Source: an uncultured Thermoleophilaceae bacterium (GTDB lineage: Bacteria > Actinomycetota > Thermoleophilia > Solirubrobacterales > Thermoleophilaceae). From it: DNA of 64,000 bases. The DNA lies in the NCBI GenBank assembly GCA_963831365.1, contig CAWHPV010000016.1, forward strand, positions 592-64,591. Reading direction: 5' to 3'. The stretch's first letter is position 1; the number at the start of each line of letters is the position of its first letter. Shown here in pieces: positions 21,577 through 31,078 of the stretch. A program made the position numbers and the translations under genes. The notes beneath the pieces are model-generated. The model had not been told where the DNA came from, searched no databases, and saw nothing but the letters and a program-made list of their open reading frames with translations.

Positions 21577-22404
21577 ATGGCGCGCGAGCGGCGCGAGCCG
21601 CGGGCCACGGGAACCTCGGACCTCGGCGCACGCGTGCTGGTGGCGATACCCGCGATCGCGTTCGCGATCGCGATCGTGACGCTCGGCGGCCTCGCGTTCG
21701 CCGCGGGGATCTTCCTCCTCGGCGTCATGGCGATGCACGAGCTGTACTTGATGATGCGGCGCGTCCGCCCGGTGGACATCGCGGGCTTCATCGCCCTCGC
21801 GGCGCTTCTCCTGGCCGCGCTGTACGGGGGGCGGCACGAGGTCCTCGCCGTGCTGGTCGCGAGCCTCGCGTTCGTCTTCTTCGTCGCCCTCGCCCGTCCG
21901 CGCCGCGACGACGTCTCGTGGGCGATCGCCGCGACCATGCTGGGCATCGTCTGGATCGGCCTCGCGTTCGCGCACGCGGTGCTCCTGCGTGAGCTGCCGC
22001 ACGGCGGCGCCCTCGTGGTCGACGTCCTGATCGGCACGTTCATCGGGGACACGGCCGCCTACTTCGGCGGGCGGATCTGGGGGCGCCGCCGCCTGGCGCC
22101 GAGGATCTCCCCGAACAAGACGGTCGAGGGCCTCGTGGTTGGGATCATCGGCGCCACGGTGGCGTTCTGGGGCTTCGCGGTTGCCTACCAAGATTGGTTC
22201 GCGGGCCCCGACGCACTCGTGATCGGCTTCTGCGTCGCCCTCGCCGCGCCCGCGGGCGATCTGTTCGAGTCGCTCCTCAAGCGCGATCTCGAGGCCAAGG
22301 ACACCGGCCGCTTCTTCGGCGCGCACGGCGGCGTCCTGGATCGCCTCGACGCCGTCCTCTTCACCGCGGTCGTCGGCTACTACGCGAGCATCGCGGTCCT
22401 GTAG
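21577..22404 (+). CDS. cdsA: phosphatidate cytidylyltransferase
   Basis: ATG at 21577. A multi-TM protein with the C-terminal signature SLLKRDLEAKDTGRFFGAHGGVLDRLD. Confidence 0.85.
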   Translation: MARERREPRATGTSDLGARVLVAIPAIAFAIAIVTLGGLAFAAGIFLLGVMAMHELYLMMRRVRPVDIAGFIALAALLLAALYGGRHEVLAVLVASLAFVFFVALARPRRDDVSWAIAATMLGIVWIGLAFAHAVLLRELPHGGALVVDVLIGTFIGDTAAYFGGRIWGRRRLAPRISPNKTVEGLVVGIIGATVAFWGFAVAYQDWFAGPDALVIGFCVALAAPAGDLFESLLKRDLEAKDTGRFFGAHGGVLDRLDAVLFTAVVGYYASIAVL

Positions 22405-22417
22405 GAGGCGCTGTGCG

Positions 22418-22762
22418 ATGCTCGATGGCATGCGACGGGAGCTTCCGGACGCCGCCGAGGCCGATCGCGGAGGCGGATTCGAGCTCGTTCGGGCGGCGAT
22501 CGGCGGCGCCCGACTGCCCGCCGACGTGGCGCGAACGCTGCCGGTGCTGGTCCGCGAGCTCCCCGGGGCGGTGCGCGACCTTCGCCTCGTGCTCGGCAAC
22601 CTGGCTCGCCTGACCGAGCGCGACGGCGAGCTGACCCGGCTGGCGCGCGAGCACGCTCGCCTCGCCGCGGCGCGCGCCGCGGACCTCGAGCGTCCGCGCG
22701 GGTCGCGCTCCGCTGCGCGTGGCCGGTCGCAGGCCCGCGCGAAGGGCGGCCGGTCGAGCTAG
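22418..22762 (+). CDS. hypothetical protein
   Basis: 114-aa ORF with window-typical third-position GC. No recognisable family. Confidence 0.4.
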   Translation: MLDGMRRELPDAAEADRGGGFELVRAAIGGARLPADVARTLPVLVRELPGAVRDLRLVLGNLARLTERDGELTRLAREHARLAAARAADLERPRGSRSAARGRSQARAKGGRSS

Positions 22763-22833
22763 CCGACGCGGCCGCCGACCTTCCGGACGGCGCCCTTAAG
22801 GAGCCGTTCACCAGCGCTCCTAGACTGATCCCG

Positions 22834-23982
22834 ATGCGCCGACTCCTGATTCTCGGCTCGACGGGCTCGATCGGCACGCAGGCGCTCGAGGTCGCCGCCG
22901 TGAGCGAGTCGTTCGAGGTCGTGGGCCTCGCCGCCGATCGCAGCTTCGAGCGCCTGCTGGCGCAGGCCGAGGCGCACGGCGTGAAGCGCGTCGCGCTCGC
23001 GGACCCCGCGTCGGCGGCAAGGGCGGCTGACGCCTGGAGCGGGGGGGAGGTGCTGAGCGGGGCCGAGGGGCTCGTGGACCTCGTGACGGAAAGTGGCTGC
23101 GACCTGGTCCTGAACGCGCTGGTGGGCTCGGCGGGCCTCGGGCCGACCGTCGCCGCCCTCGGCGAGGGAACCGACCTCGCCCTCGCGAACAAGGAGAGCC
23201 TGGTCGTGGGCGGCGACCTCGTGATGGCGCTCGCGGAGGCGACCGGCGCGCGGGTCATTCCCGTGGACTCCGAGCACTCGGCGCTTGACCAGCTGGTCGC
23301 GTCCCAGCGGCCCGGGACCGTGGATCGCCTGGTCCTAACCGCGTCCGGCGGCCCCTTCCGCGGCCGCTCGCCGGCCGATCTCGCCGAGGTCGTGCCCGAG
23401 GAGGCGCTCGCGCACCCCACCTGGGAGATGGGCGGGAAGATCACGATCGACTCCGCGACGCTTATGAACAAGGGCCTCGAGCTGATCGAGGCGCACCACC
23501 TGTTCGGCCTCGCCTACGACCGGATCGACGTGGTCGTGCACCCGCAGTCGATCGTCCACGCGCTCGTCCACCTGAACGACGGCGCGTCACTTGCCCACCT
23601 CGGCTATCCGGACATGCGCGTCCCGATCTCCTATGCCCTCCACTATCCGGAACGGGCGGACGTGCCGGTGGAGACGCTCGACCTGGCCGCGGTCGGCGAG
23701 CTCACTTTCGAGCCTCCCGACCTCGAGGCTTTCGCGTGCCTGCGGCTGGCGCGGCAGGCGGCGGCCCTCGGAGGCACGGCCCCCTGCATCCTGAACGCGG
23801 CGAACGAGGTAGCGGTTCGCGCGTTCCTCGATCGAAGACTGCCGTTCGCGGGCATCGCGGAGGTCATCGAGCGCGTGCTCGAGCGGACCGGCACCGGGCC
23901 CGTCGCGCACTTCGAGGACCTCTACCGCGCCGACGCCGAGGCCCGCGAGGCGGCCGGTGAGCTCGTCGGGGCGGGTGGCTGC
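22834..23982 (+). CDS. dxr: 1-deoxy-D-xylulose 5-phosphate reductoisomerase (reads through in frame into rseP)
   Basis: Motifs are LILGSTGSIGTQALEV, NKESLV and DSEHSAL. There is no stop codon before the RseP domain. Confidence 0.9.
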
Positions 23983-25068
23983 GTGAGCTGGTTCCTCGCC
24001 TTCGTCGGGTTCGCCCTGCTCATCATCCTCCACGAGGCGGGGCACTTCGCCGCGGCCAAGGCCGTCGGGATGCGGGTCGAGCGATTCGCCCTGTTCTTCC
24101 CGCCGCTGATCGTCAAGCGCAAGATCGGCGAGACCGAGTACGGCATCGGCGCGATCCCGCTCGGGGGCTACGTGAAGATCACCGGCATGAACCCGGACGA
24201 GAAGCTCCCCGACGAGGTGCGCACGCGCGCGTACAGCGCCCAGCCGGTGTGGAAGCGGATCGTGGTGATCGCCGCCGGGCCGGCGGTGAACTTCGTGCTC
24301 GCGCTGGTCCTGTTGTTCCTCTTTTTCTGGCAGATCGGGCCCGAGGAGCAGAGCGATCGAGTCGGCGGCGTGCAGCCCGGCTATCCGGCGGCGACCGAGC
24401 TGGAGCCGGGTGATCGACTGGTCGCCGTGGATGGTGAGAGCGGGACGCCCACCCAATTCGCCCAGGCGATCGCCAGCCACCGCTGCTCAGGCGAGCCGGT
24501 CGAGGGCTGCCGTGCGGAGTCGCCCGCGGAGCTCGTGATCGAGCGCGACGGGCGCGAGATGGAACTGGAGCTGACTCCGGTGTACGACCCCGCGGCGCCG
24601 GGAGGCGGCCGCACCCGTCTTGGTTTCGAGTACGCGCCCGGGCCGCACCGACCGCTCTCCTTCGGCGAATCCGTGGACGTCTCGCTCGACCAGTTCTGGT
24701 TCGTCACGCGGGAGACGCTGAAGCTGCCGGCGCGCCTCCTCAACGCCGAGCAGCGAAAGGAGATCTCGGGCGTCGTCGGCTCGTACGAGGTCACGCGACA
24801 GACGATCCTCGACGACGTGGCGCGCGTGCTCCCGATCCTCGCCGTCATCTCGCTCTCGCTCGCGATCATCAACCTGTTCCCGTTCCTGCCCCTCGACGGC
24901 GGGCACATCTTCTGGGCGATCGTCGAGAAGATCCGCCGTAAGCCGGCGTCGCTAGCAACGATGGAGCGCGCGAGCCTGATCGGGATCATGCTGCTGATCC
25001 CGCTGTTCCTGATCGGGTTCACGAACGACATCGGGCGCTTGACCGGGGAGGGGTTCGACGTGAGATAG
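23983..25068 (+). CDS. rseP: site-2 (RIP) zinc metalloprotease RseP/Rip1 family with a PDZ domain
   Basis: In-frame GTG at 23983. Contains HEAGHF zinc motif, a PDZ-like middle region and NLFPFLPLDGGH. Confidence 0.85.
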   Translation: MSWFLAFVGFALLIILHEAGHFAAAKAVGMRVERFALFFPPLIVKRKIGETEYGIGAIPLGGYVKITGMNPDEKLPDEVRTRAYSAQPVWKRIVVIAAGPAVNFVLALVLLFLFFWQIGPEEQSDRVGGVQPGYPAATELEPGDRLVAVDGESGTPTQFAQAIASHRCSGEPVEGCRAESPAELVIERDGREMELELTPVYDPAAPGGGRTRLGFEYAPGPHRPLSFGESVDVSLDQFWFVTRETLKLPARLLNAEQRKEISGVVGSYEVTRQTILDDVARVLPILAVISLSLAIINLFPFLPLDGGHIFWAIVEKIRRKPASLATMERASLIGIMLLIPLFLIGFTNDIGRLTGEGFDVR

Positions 25069-25110
25069 TCCCTCCGAGCGAGACCAGGGACGCGAGGCGA
25101 GGAGGAGACG

Positions 25111-26926
25111 ATGGAGTCGACGACAGCCACCGGCGACCGGGCCGCCGGGCGGGCGCTCGGTGCGCCCACGATGTGCGCGGCCTTCCAGCGCAGCGCCGCC
25201 GACAACGGCGACCGCGTCGCGGTCCGCACGAAGGGCGATGACTTCAGCATCACGTGGGGCGAGTACGCCGAGCGGGTCGAGCGTGCGGCCGCGGGACTCG
25301 CCGGCCTCGGGCTCGAGCGCGGGCAGACGATCGCGATCATGCTCACCAACCGGCCCGAGTTCCACATCGTGGACTCCGCCGCTATGCACCTCGGGGCTAC
25401 GCCCTTCTCGATCTACAACACCTACTCGCCCGAGCAGATCGACTACCTCGTGAGCGATGCCGACAACCGGATCGTCGTGACCGAGAAGGCCTTCGAGGAC
25501 ACCATCCTCGCCGCGCAGCGGCAGAACGACGCGATCGAGCACGTCGTCGTGGTCGACGGAGGCGGCGACGGCACGCTGTCGCTCGAGGAGATGGAGGCGC
25601 GAGCCGCCGACAACTTCGACTTCGAGGCGGCGTGGAAGGCGGTCGAGCCGGACGACGTGCTCACGCTGATCTACACGTCCGGCACCACGGGGCCGCCGAA
25701 GGGCGTCCAGATCTCGCACGACAACATGGTCGCGGCCGGCGAGTCGTTCAACGAGATGATCCAGTTCCCGGACGGCGCCGCCGTCGTGAGCTACCTGCCG
25801 ATGGCCCACATCGCCGAGCGCGGGTGCTCTCACTACCTGCCGATCATCTTCGGCTTCACGACCACCTGCTGTCCCGACGCGCGCCAGGTGATCGCGTACC
25901 TGCCCGAGGTGCGCCCCGGCTGGTTCTTCTCGGTCCCCCGCATCTGGGAGAAGGCCAAGGCCTCGCTGGAGGCGGGCATCGAGGCGAACGAGGACGAGGA
26001 GCAGAAGAAGGCGACCAAGTGGGCGCTCGACGTCGGGCTGCGGAAGGTGCGCGCCGAGCAGGCCGGGGAGGAGGTCTCGGACGAGCTGCAGGCGGAGTAC
26101 GAGAAGGCCGACGAGATGGTGCTCTCGAAGATCCGCCAGGCGGTGGGCCTCGACCAGGCGCAGTCGGTCAACGTGGGGGCCGCGCCCACGCCTCCCGAGG
26201 TGATCGAGTTCTTCCACGCGCTGGGCATCCCGCTCGGCGAGCTGTGGGGGATGTCGGAGACGTGCGGCGCCGGCACCTGCAACCGCCCCGACCACGTGAA
26301 GATCGGGACCGTCGGGCCCGCGTCGCCGGGCGTCGAGGTGACGCTCGCCGACGACGGCGAGGTGCTCGTCCGCGGGCGCGTCGTGATGAAGGGCTATCGC
26401 AACCAGCCCGACAAGACGACGGAGACGATCGATCACGACGGCTGGCTCCACACCGGGGACATCGGCGAGCTCGACGACGAGGGCTTCCTAAAGATCGTCG
26501 ACCGCAAAAAGGAGCTGATCATCAGCGCCGCGGGCAAGAACATGTCGCCCGCGAACATCGAGGCGAAGGTCAAGGCGTCGAGCCCGCTGATCGGACAGGC
26601 GATCGCGATCGGCGACGCGCGGTCCTACAACACCGCGCTTATCACGCTCGACCCCGACGCGGCGCCGGGCTTCGCGAAGAAGCATGGGATCGACGACGCG
26701 TCGTTCGAGAATCTCGCCGACGAGCAGGCGGTGATCGACGCCGTCCAGGAGGGCGTGAACCAGGCGAACGAGCAGCTCGCCCGCGTCGAGCAGATCAAGA
26801 AGTTCAAGATCCTGCCAACGGACTGGGAGCCCGGCGGCGACGAGCTGACCCCCACGATGAAGCTGAAGCGGAAGCCGATCATCGGAGAAGTACGCGAAGG
26901 AGATCGAGGAGCTGTACGCGGGGTAG
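25111..26926 (+). pseudogene. long-chain acyl-CoA synthetase (AMP-forming), single frameshift 14 codons from the end as assembled
   Basis: Motifs are TSGTTGPPKG and GWLHTGDIG...DRKKELI. An extra G at about 26884 hides the expected terminus KPIIEKYAKEIEELYAG* (TAG 26924-26926). Confidence 0.85.
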
Positions 26927-27046
26927 GGGGCCGGGCACGTTCCCAGCAGCGTCCTGCCCGGAGGTCGCATAGCGACGCCTATCCAGGACGGTTGGCTCGA
27001 CGTGCGCCCGTGGGGCGGCCCAAAGCCCGCCGCTAGCATCTAATCG

Positions 27047-28342
27047 ATGGCTTCGCGGCGCCAGATCTGGGTCAAGGGCGTTCCGATCGGGGGTGGCGCC
27101 CCGGTCGCGGTCCAGTCGATGACGAAGACCGAGACCGCCGACTACGAGGCCACGATGCGCCAGATCCACGCGATCGCGGACGCCGGCGCCGACCTCGTCC
27201 GCGTGGCGGTTCCGCGCGACGACGACGTGGAGGCGCTGAAGCGCATCGTCGTCGAGTCGCCGATCCCGGTCATCGCGGACATCCACTTCAACCACACGCT
27301 CGCGCTCAAAGCGATCGACGCCGGCGCGGACTGCATCCGCCTCAATCCGGGCAACATCGGCGGCCCGGAGAAGGTCGCCGAGGTGGCGGATCGGGCGCGC
27401 GCGGCCGGCACGCCGATGCGGATCGGCGTGAACTCCGGCTCGCTGCCCAAGCATCTTCACGAGCTGGAGCGCGAGAACTCCGTCGAGGCGCTCGTGGCCG
27501 CGGCAGTCGAGTTCGTCGAGCTGATGGAACGGCTCGACTTCGAGGACTTCAAGGTCTCGATCAAGTCCACCAGCGTGCCCAACACGATCGCTTCGAACCG
27601 GCTGCTCGCCTCGAAGATCGACTATCCGCTCCACCTCGGCATCACCGAGGCGGGCACGAAATGGTCCGGGTCGCTCAAGTCGGCGGTTGGGCTCGGCACT
27701 CTCCTCGCCGACGGGGTGGGGGACACGATCCGGATCTCGCTCTCGACCTTCCACGCCGAGGAGGAGGTCAAGGTCGCCTGGGAGATTTTGAAGGCGCTCA
27801 AGCTGCGCGAGCGCGGGCCGGTCCTGATCGCCTGCCCGACCTGCGGCCGGCTCCAGTTCGACATGGACACGGTCGTGTCGGAGATCGAGCAGCGGCTCGA
27901 GGGCTATGACGAGCCGGTCGAGGTGGCCGTGCTCGGCTGCGCCGTAAACGGCATCGGCGAGGCCTCGCACGCCGACTTCGGTATCACCGGCGCGAAGAAC
28001 GAGGGCCTGATCTTCGCCCACGGCAAGCCGCTCAGGAAGGTGCCCCAGGCGCGACTCGTGGACGAGCTCTTCGCGGAGATCGACAAGTCGCTCGAGATCG
28101 GCCGGACGGTCGTGGACGAGCACAAGTCCGCCGAGGGGGCCGACTGGCTCAAGCGGATCGAGGACGAGAACGCCGACGAGCTGACCCCGGAGCGGCTCGC
28201 CGCCATGGAGGCCGCGGCGGCGGAGGCCGAGGACGGCCACGAGCCCGAGGCCGCGGCGGTGGCCGTCGAGGAACACGGCGGCCGGGCACGGCTCGCCGAG
28301 GACGTCTCGCCGACGGCGGGGCGACGTTTCACGCGGACCTAG
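27047..28342 (+). CDS. ispG: 4-hydroxy-3-methylbut-2-enyl diphosphate synthase with an acidic C-terminal extension of about 60 aa
   Basis: Motifs are PVAVQSMTKT, IADIHFN and CPTCGR...GCAVNG. The tail EDENADELTPERLAAMEAAAAEAEDGHEPE lies beyond the usual end. Confidence 0.9.
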   Translation: MASRRQIWVKGVPIGGGAPVAVQSMTKTETADYEATMRQIHAIADAGADLVRVAVPRDDDVEALKRIVVESPIPVIADIHFNHTLALKAIDAGADCIRLNPGNIGGPEKVAEVADRARAAGTPMRIGVNSGSLPKHLHELERENSVEALVAAAVEFVELMERLDFEDFKVSIKSTSVPNTIASNRLLASKIDYPLHLGITEAGTKWSGSLKSAVGLGTLLADGVGDTIRISLSTFHAEEEVKVAWEILKALKLRERGPVLIACPTCGRLQFDMDTVVSEIEQRLEGYDEPVEVAVLGCAVNGIGEASHADFGITGAKNEGLIFAHGKPLRKVPQARLVDELFAEIDKSLEIGRTVVDEHKSAEGADWLKRIEDENADELTPERLAAMEAAAAEAEDGHEPEAAAVAVEEHGGRARLAEDVSPTAGRRFTRT

Positions 28343-28352
28343 CCGCTCAACT

Positions 28353-28405
28353 CCCGGGGCGCTGTGTCGCTCCCGGGTCAGCTGCGACCTTTGGGTGACA
28401 CAGCG
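28353..28405 (+). promoter_or_regulatory. structured RNA element between ispG and proS (two mutually exclusive helices)
   Basis: CCCGGG at 28353-28358 pairs with CCCGGG at 28372-28377. The enclosed CGCTGTGTC (28360-28368) is perfectly complementary to GACACAGCG (28397-28405). With wobbles that helix extends to 13 bp (28360-72 with 28393-405). Confidence 0.3.
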
Positions 28406-28446
28406 GCTCGATACGACCGCTTGGGCGGCTCTAGACTCGGGCCGCG

Positions 28447-30144
28447 ATGACCCGGCTGAGCGCCTACTTCCTCCCGACCCTGAAGGAGGCGCCGGCGGAC
28501 GCCGAGGCCGTCTCGCACAAGCTCCTGGTCCGCGCCGGCATGGTCCGCCAGCTCGCGGCCGGGCTGTGGACCTTCCTGCCGGCGGGGTGGCGGGTCCATC
28601 GGCGCGTGGAGCAGATCATCCGCGAGGAGCTCGACGCGATCGGCGCCCACGAGATGCTGCTCCCCGTGCTCCAGCCGGCCGACATCTGGAAGCGGAGCGG
28701 CCGCTACGAGATCGACGAGCTCTTCAAGCTGACCGACCGCCGAGACGCGGAGCTCGTGCTGGCGATGACGCACGAGGAGCCGCTCACCTACCACGTCGCG
28801 CGCGAGGTCCGCTCTTACCGCGACCTCCCGCTGATCCTCTATCACCTGCAGACGAAGGAGCGCGACGAGCCGCGGCCGCGCGCCGGGGTGCTCAGAACGC
28901 GCGAGTTCGTGATGAAGGACTCCTACACCTTCGACCGCGACCGCGAGGGCCTCGACCGCGCGTACGAGCTCCACGTGGGCGCCTACGACCGGATCTTGGA
29001 CCGCTGTGGCCTCCGCTGGTACCGGGTCGAGTCCGACGTGGGGATGATGGGCGGGCTCGGCGCGCACGAGTACATGGCTCCCTGCCCGGCGGGCGAGAAC
29101 GAGGTGGCGCTCTCCGACGCGGGCTACGCGGCGAACGTCGAGGTGGCGAGCGCGACACCCGCACGCGTGGATGGGATGCCCGCCGCGCTCGACGCCCCCG
29201 AGCGGGTCGAGACGCCCGGGGCGTCCACGATCGTGGACGTCGCGCGGCTGCTCGGCGTGCCGGAGGGCGCGCTGATCAAGGCCATGCCGATGATCGTCGA
29301 GGACCGCGGGCCCGTTCTGTGCATCCTCCGCGGCGATCACCGGCTCAACGAGATCAAGCTCCGGAACGCGCTCGGCGCACCCGCGCGCGCGGCGCGCGAA
29401 GACGAGGTGGACGAACTCTTCCGCGCCCCTGCGGGCTACATCGGCCCGGTCGGGGACGGCGCGCCGGTGGTCGCCGACGAGGCCCTGCGCGGACTGCAGG
29501 GGCTGATCGCGGGGGCGAACGAGCCCGACCTCCACCTGCGCGGCGTCGAGCCCGGCCGCGACTTCGAGCCCGAGTGGGTCGACGTCAGGTCGGTCGAGCC
29601 CGGCGACACCTGCTCCGCCGGCGCCGCCATCCGCGTGGAGCCCGCGATCGAGGTCGGCAACATCTTCAAGCTCGGGACCCGCTACTCCGAGCCGCTCGGG
29701 GCGCGCTACCTCGACGAGCAGGGCGAGGAGCAGCTGATCTGGATGGGCTCGTACGGGATCGGCCCGGCACGCATCATGGCCGCCGCGGTGGAGCAGTACG
29801 CAGACGAGCAGGGCATCTCCTGGCCGCGGGCGATCGCCCCCTTCGACGTCGAGCTCGTGGGGCTCGGGAAGGAGGGCGAGGACGCGCGCGACGTGGCCGA
29901 CCGCCTCTACGACGACCTGGTCGAGGCCGGCCTCGCCGTCCTCTACGACGACCGCGATGCGAGCGCGGGGGAGAAGTTCGCCGACGCGGAGCTCCTCGGC
30001 TGCCCGCTGCGCGTGACGATCGGAAAGCGCGCCCTCGAGGCGGGCGAGGCGGAGGTGCAGGTGCGGCGCGGGCAGAAGCGATCGGCGGTCCCGCTCACCG
30101 GGGCTGCGGAGGAGCTCGCCGAGCGGTGGCGCGGCCTGGACTGA
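28447..30144 (+). CDS. proS: prolyl-tRNA synthetase, bacterial type with editing insertion
   Basis: 565-aa intact ORF (MTRLSAYFLPTLKEAPADAE...). Class II motifs and an INS-sized insertion are present. Confidence 0.95.
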   Translation: MTRLSAYFLPTLKEAPADAEAVSHKLLVRAGMVRQLAAGLWTFLPAGWRVHRRVEQIIREELDAIGAHEMLLPVLQPADIWKRSGRYEIDELFKLTDRRDAELVLAMTHEEPLTYHVAREVRSYRDLPLILYHLQTKERDEPRPRAGVLRTREFVMKDSYTFDRDREGLDRAYELHVGAYDRILDRCGLRWYRVESDVGMMGGLGAHEYMAPCPAGENEVALSDAGYAANVEVASATPARVDGMPAALDAPERVETPGASTIVDVARLLGVPEGALIKAMPMIVEDRGPVLCILRGDHRLNEIKLRNALGAPARAAREDEVDELFRAPAGYIGPVGDGAPVVADEALRGLQGLIAGANEPDLHLRGVEPGRDFEPEWVDVRSVEPGDTCSAGAAIRVEPAIEVGNIFKLGTRYSEPLGARYLDEQGEEQLIWMGSYGIGPARIMAAAVEQYADEQGISWPRAIAPFDVELVGLGKEGEDARDVADRLYDDLVEAGLAVLYDDRDASAGEKFADAELLGCPLRVTIGKRALEAGEAEVQVRRGQKRSAVPLTGAAEELAERWRGLD

Positions 30145-30197
30145 CCAAGCGGCGCCTGCTCGGCCTCGACCGCTCCGGTCCGCCACCGGATGCGACC

Positions 30198-30752
30198 TTG
30201 CGCGGCCAGCCGCTTCGCCCGTGGACGCTGCCGAACCTGATCGGCTTCTCGCGGCTCGCCCTCATCCCGGTGTTCCTGGTCCTGGCGCTCGGCTCGGGCG
30301 ACGGACGCATCGCGTCCGCCTCGATCGTCTACGCGGTGATCGGCGGGAGCGACTACCTCGATGGGATCGCCGCGCGCCTGACCGGCCAGTACAGCCGGCT
30401 CGGGGCGCTGCTCGACCCGCTGACCGATCGCCTGCTGGTGGTGGCCGGCGTGATCGTGACCTACCACTTCGAGCTGCTGCCGCGGTGGGCGCTCGCCGTG
30501 CTGGCGGCCAGGGAGCTGCTTGTGCTCGTCCTGAGCCAGCTCGTTCTGCGGCGGGGCGCCGAGCTGCAGATCAACATGCTCGGGCGCTGGGCGGTCTGGC
30601 CGACGATGTTCTCCCTGTTCCTGGCGATGGTCTCGGTGACCTGGGTCGCCGAGGCGCTGCTGTTCCTGGGGCTCGCGATGACGCTGCTGGCGACGGTCGG
30701 CTACGTGAGAGAGGGCTTGCGCGTGATGTCACGACCCTCAACCTCCGCTTGA
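30198..30752 (+). CDS. pgsA: CDP-alcohol phosphatidyltransferase (PgsA-like); start uncertain
   Basis: This is the C-terminal part of shadow ORF 28395..30752. It carries the signature DYLDGIAARLTGQYSRLGALLDPLTD and several TM helices. A TTG at 30198 is the nearest plausible start. Confidence 0.7.
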   Translation: MRGQPLRPWTLPNLIGFSRLALIPVFLVLALGSGDGRIASASIVYAVIGGSDYLDGIAARLTGQYSRLGALLDPLTDRLLVVAGVIVTYHFELLPRWALAVLAARELLVLVLSQLVLRRGAELQINMLGRWAVWPTMFSLFLAMVSVTWVAEALLFLGLAMTLLATVGYVREGLRVMSRPSTSA

Positions 30753-30805
30753 CCCTGGGTATACTCGCGCTCCCGACGCGTCGCCGGAGGAGGAGCTAAC
30801 ACCAG

Positions 30806-31063
30806 ATGGAGACCTTTCCCGACCTTGGAGCACTGAGCGATCAGGAGCTCAAGGACCTGATTCAGCGGCTTACCGGCGAGGAGCAGCAGCTCTCGTACGA
30901 GCGCCGCATGCTGCACGGCAAGATCGACATTCTTCGGGCCGAGCTCGTGAACCGGCTCCGCAAGAAGCACGAGCACGGCGAGGCGGTGATCAGCGGCGGC
31001 GACGTGCAGCAGCTCACGGACATCCTCGCCGGCAAGGGCTCGCCGCCGAACCAGGCGGGGTAG
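30806..31063 (+). CDS. RsiG-like single-helix-motif protein (candidate c-di-GMP-binding anti-sigma factor)
   Basis: 85 aa with a GGAGGAGG RBS upstream. The sequence LSYERRMLHGKIDILRAEL carries E26-x3-S30-x2-R33-x3-H37-x3-D41, one residue away from the RsiG motif E-x3-S-x2-R-x3-Q-x3-D. Confidence 0.6.
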   Translation: METFPDLGALSDQELKDLIQRLTGEEQQLSYERRMLHGKIDILRAELVNRLRKKHEHGEAVISGGDVQQLTDILAGKGSPPNQAG

Positions 31064-31078
31064 GGCTCGGGGAGCGGG

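Noticed and set aside
28343-28446. T-box riboswitch upstream of proS
   Set aside because: The spacer is only 104 nt and lacks anything resembling the T-box sequence or a specifier-loop architecture. I kept it only as an unspecified alternative-helix element.
28395-30752. 785-aa plus-strand ORF overlapping proS
   Set aside because: Only the last 185 or so codons (from about 30198) show a real family signature, the CDP-alcohol phosphatidyltransferase motif. The rest is proS read in another frame.
30749-30765. TTGACC (30749-54) plus TATACT (30760-65) as a sigma-70-type promoter for the RsiG-like gene
   Set aside because: The hexamers are only 5 nt apart rather than about 17, and no TG lies immediately upstream of the TATACT. 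It may contain a -10 element, but I cannot support the pair as a promoter.
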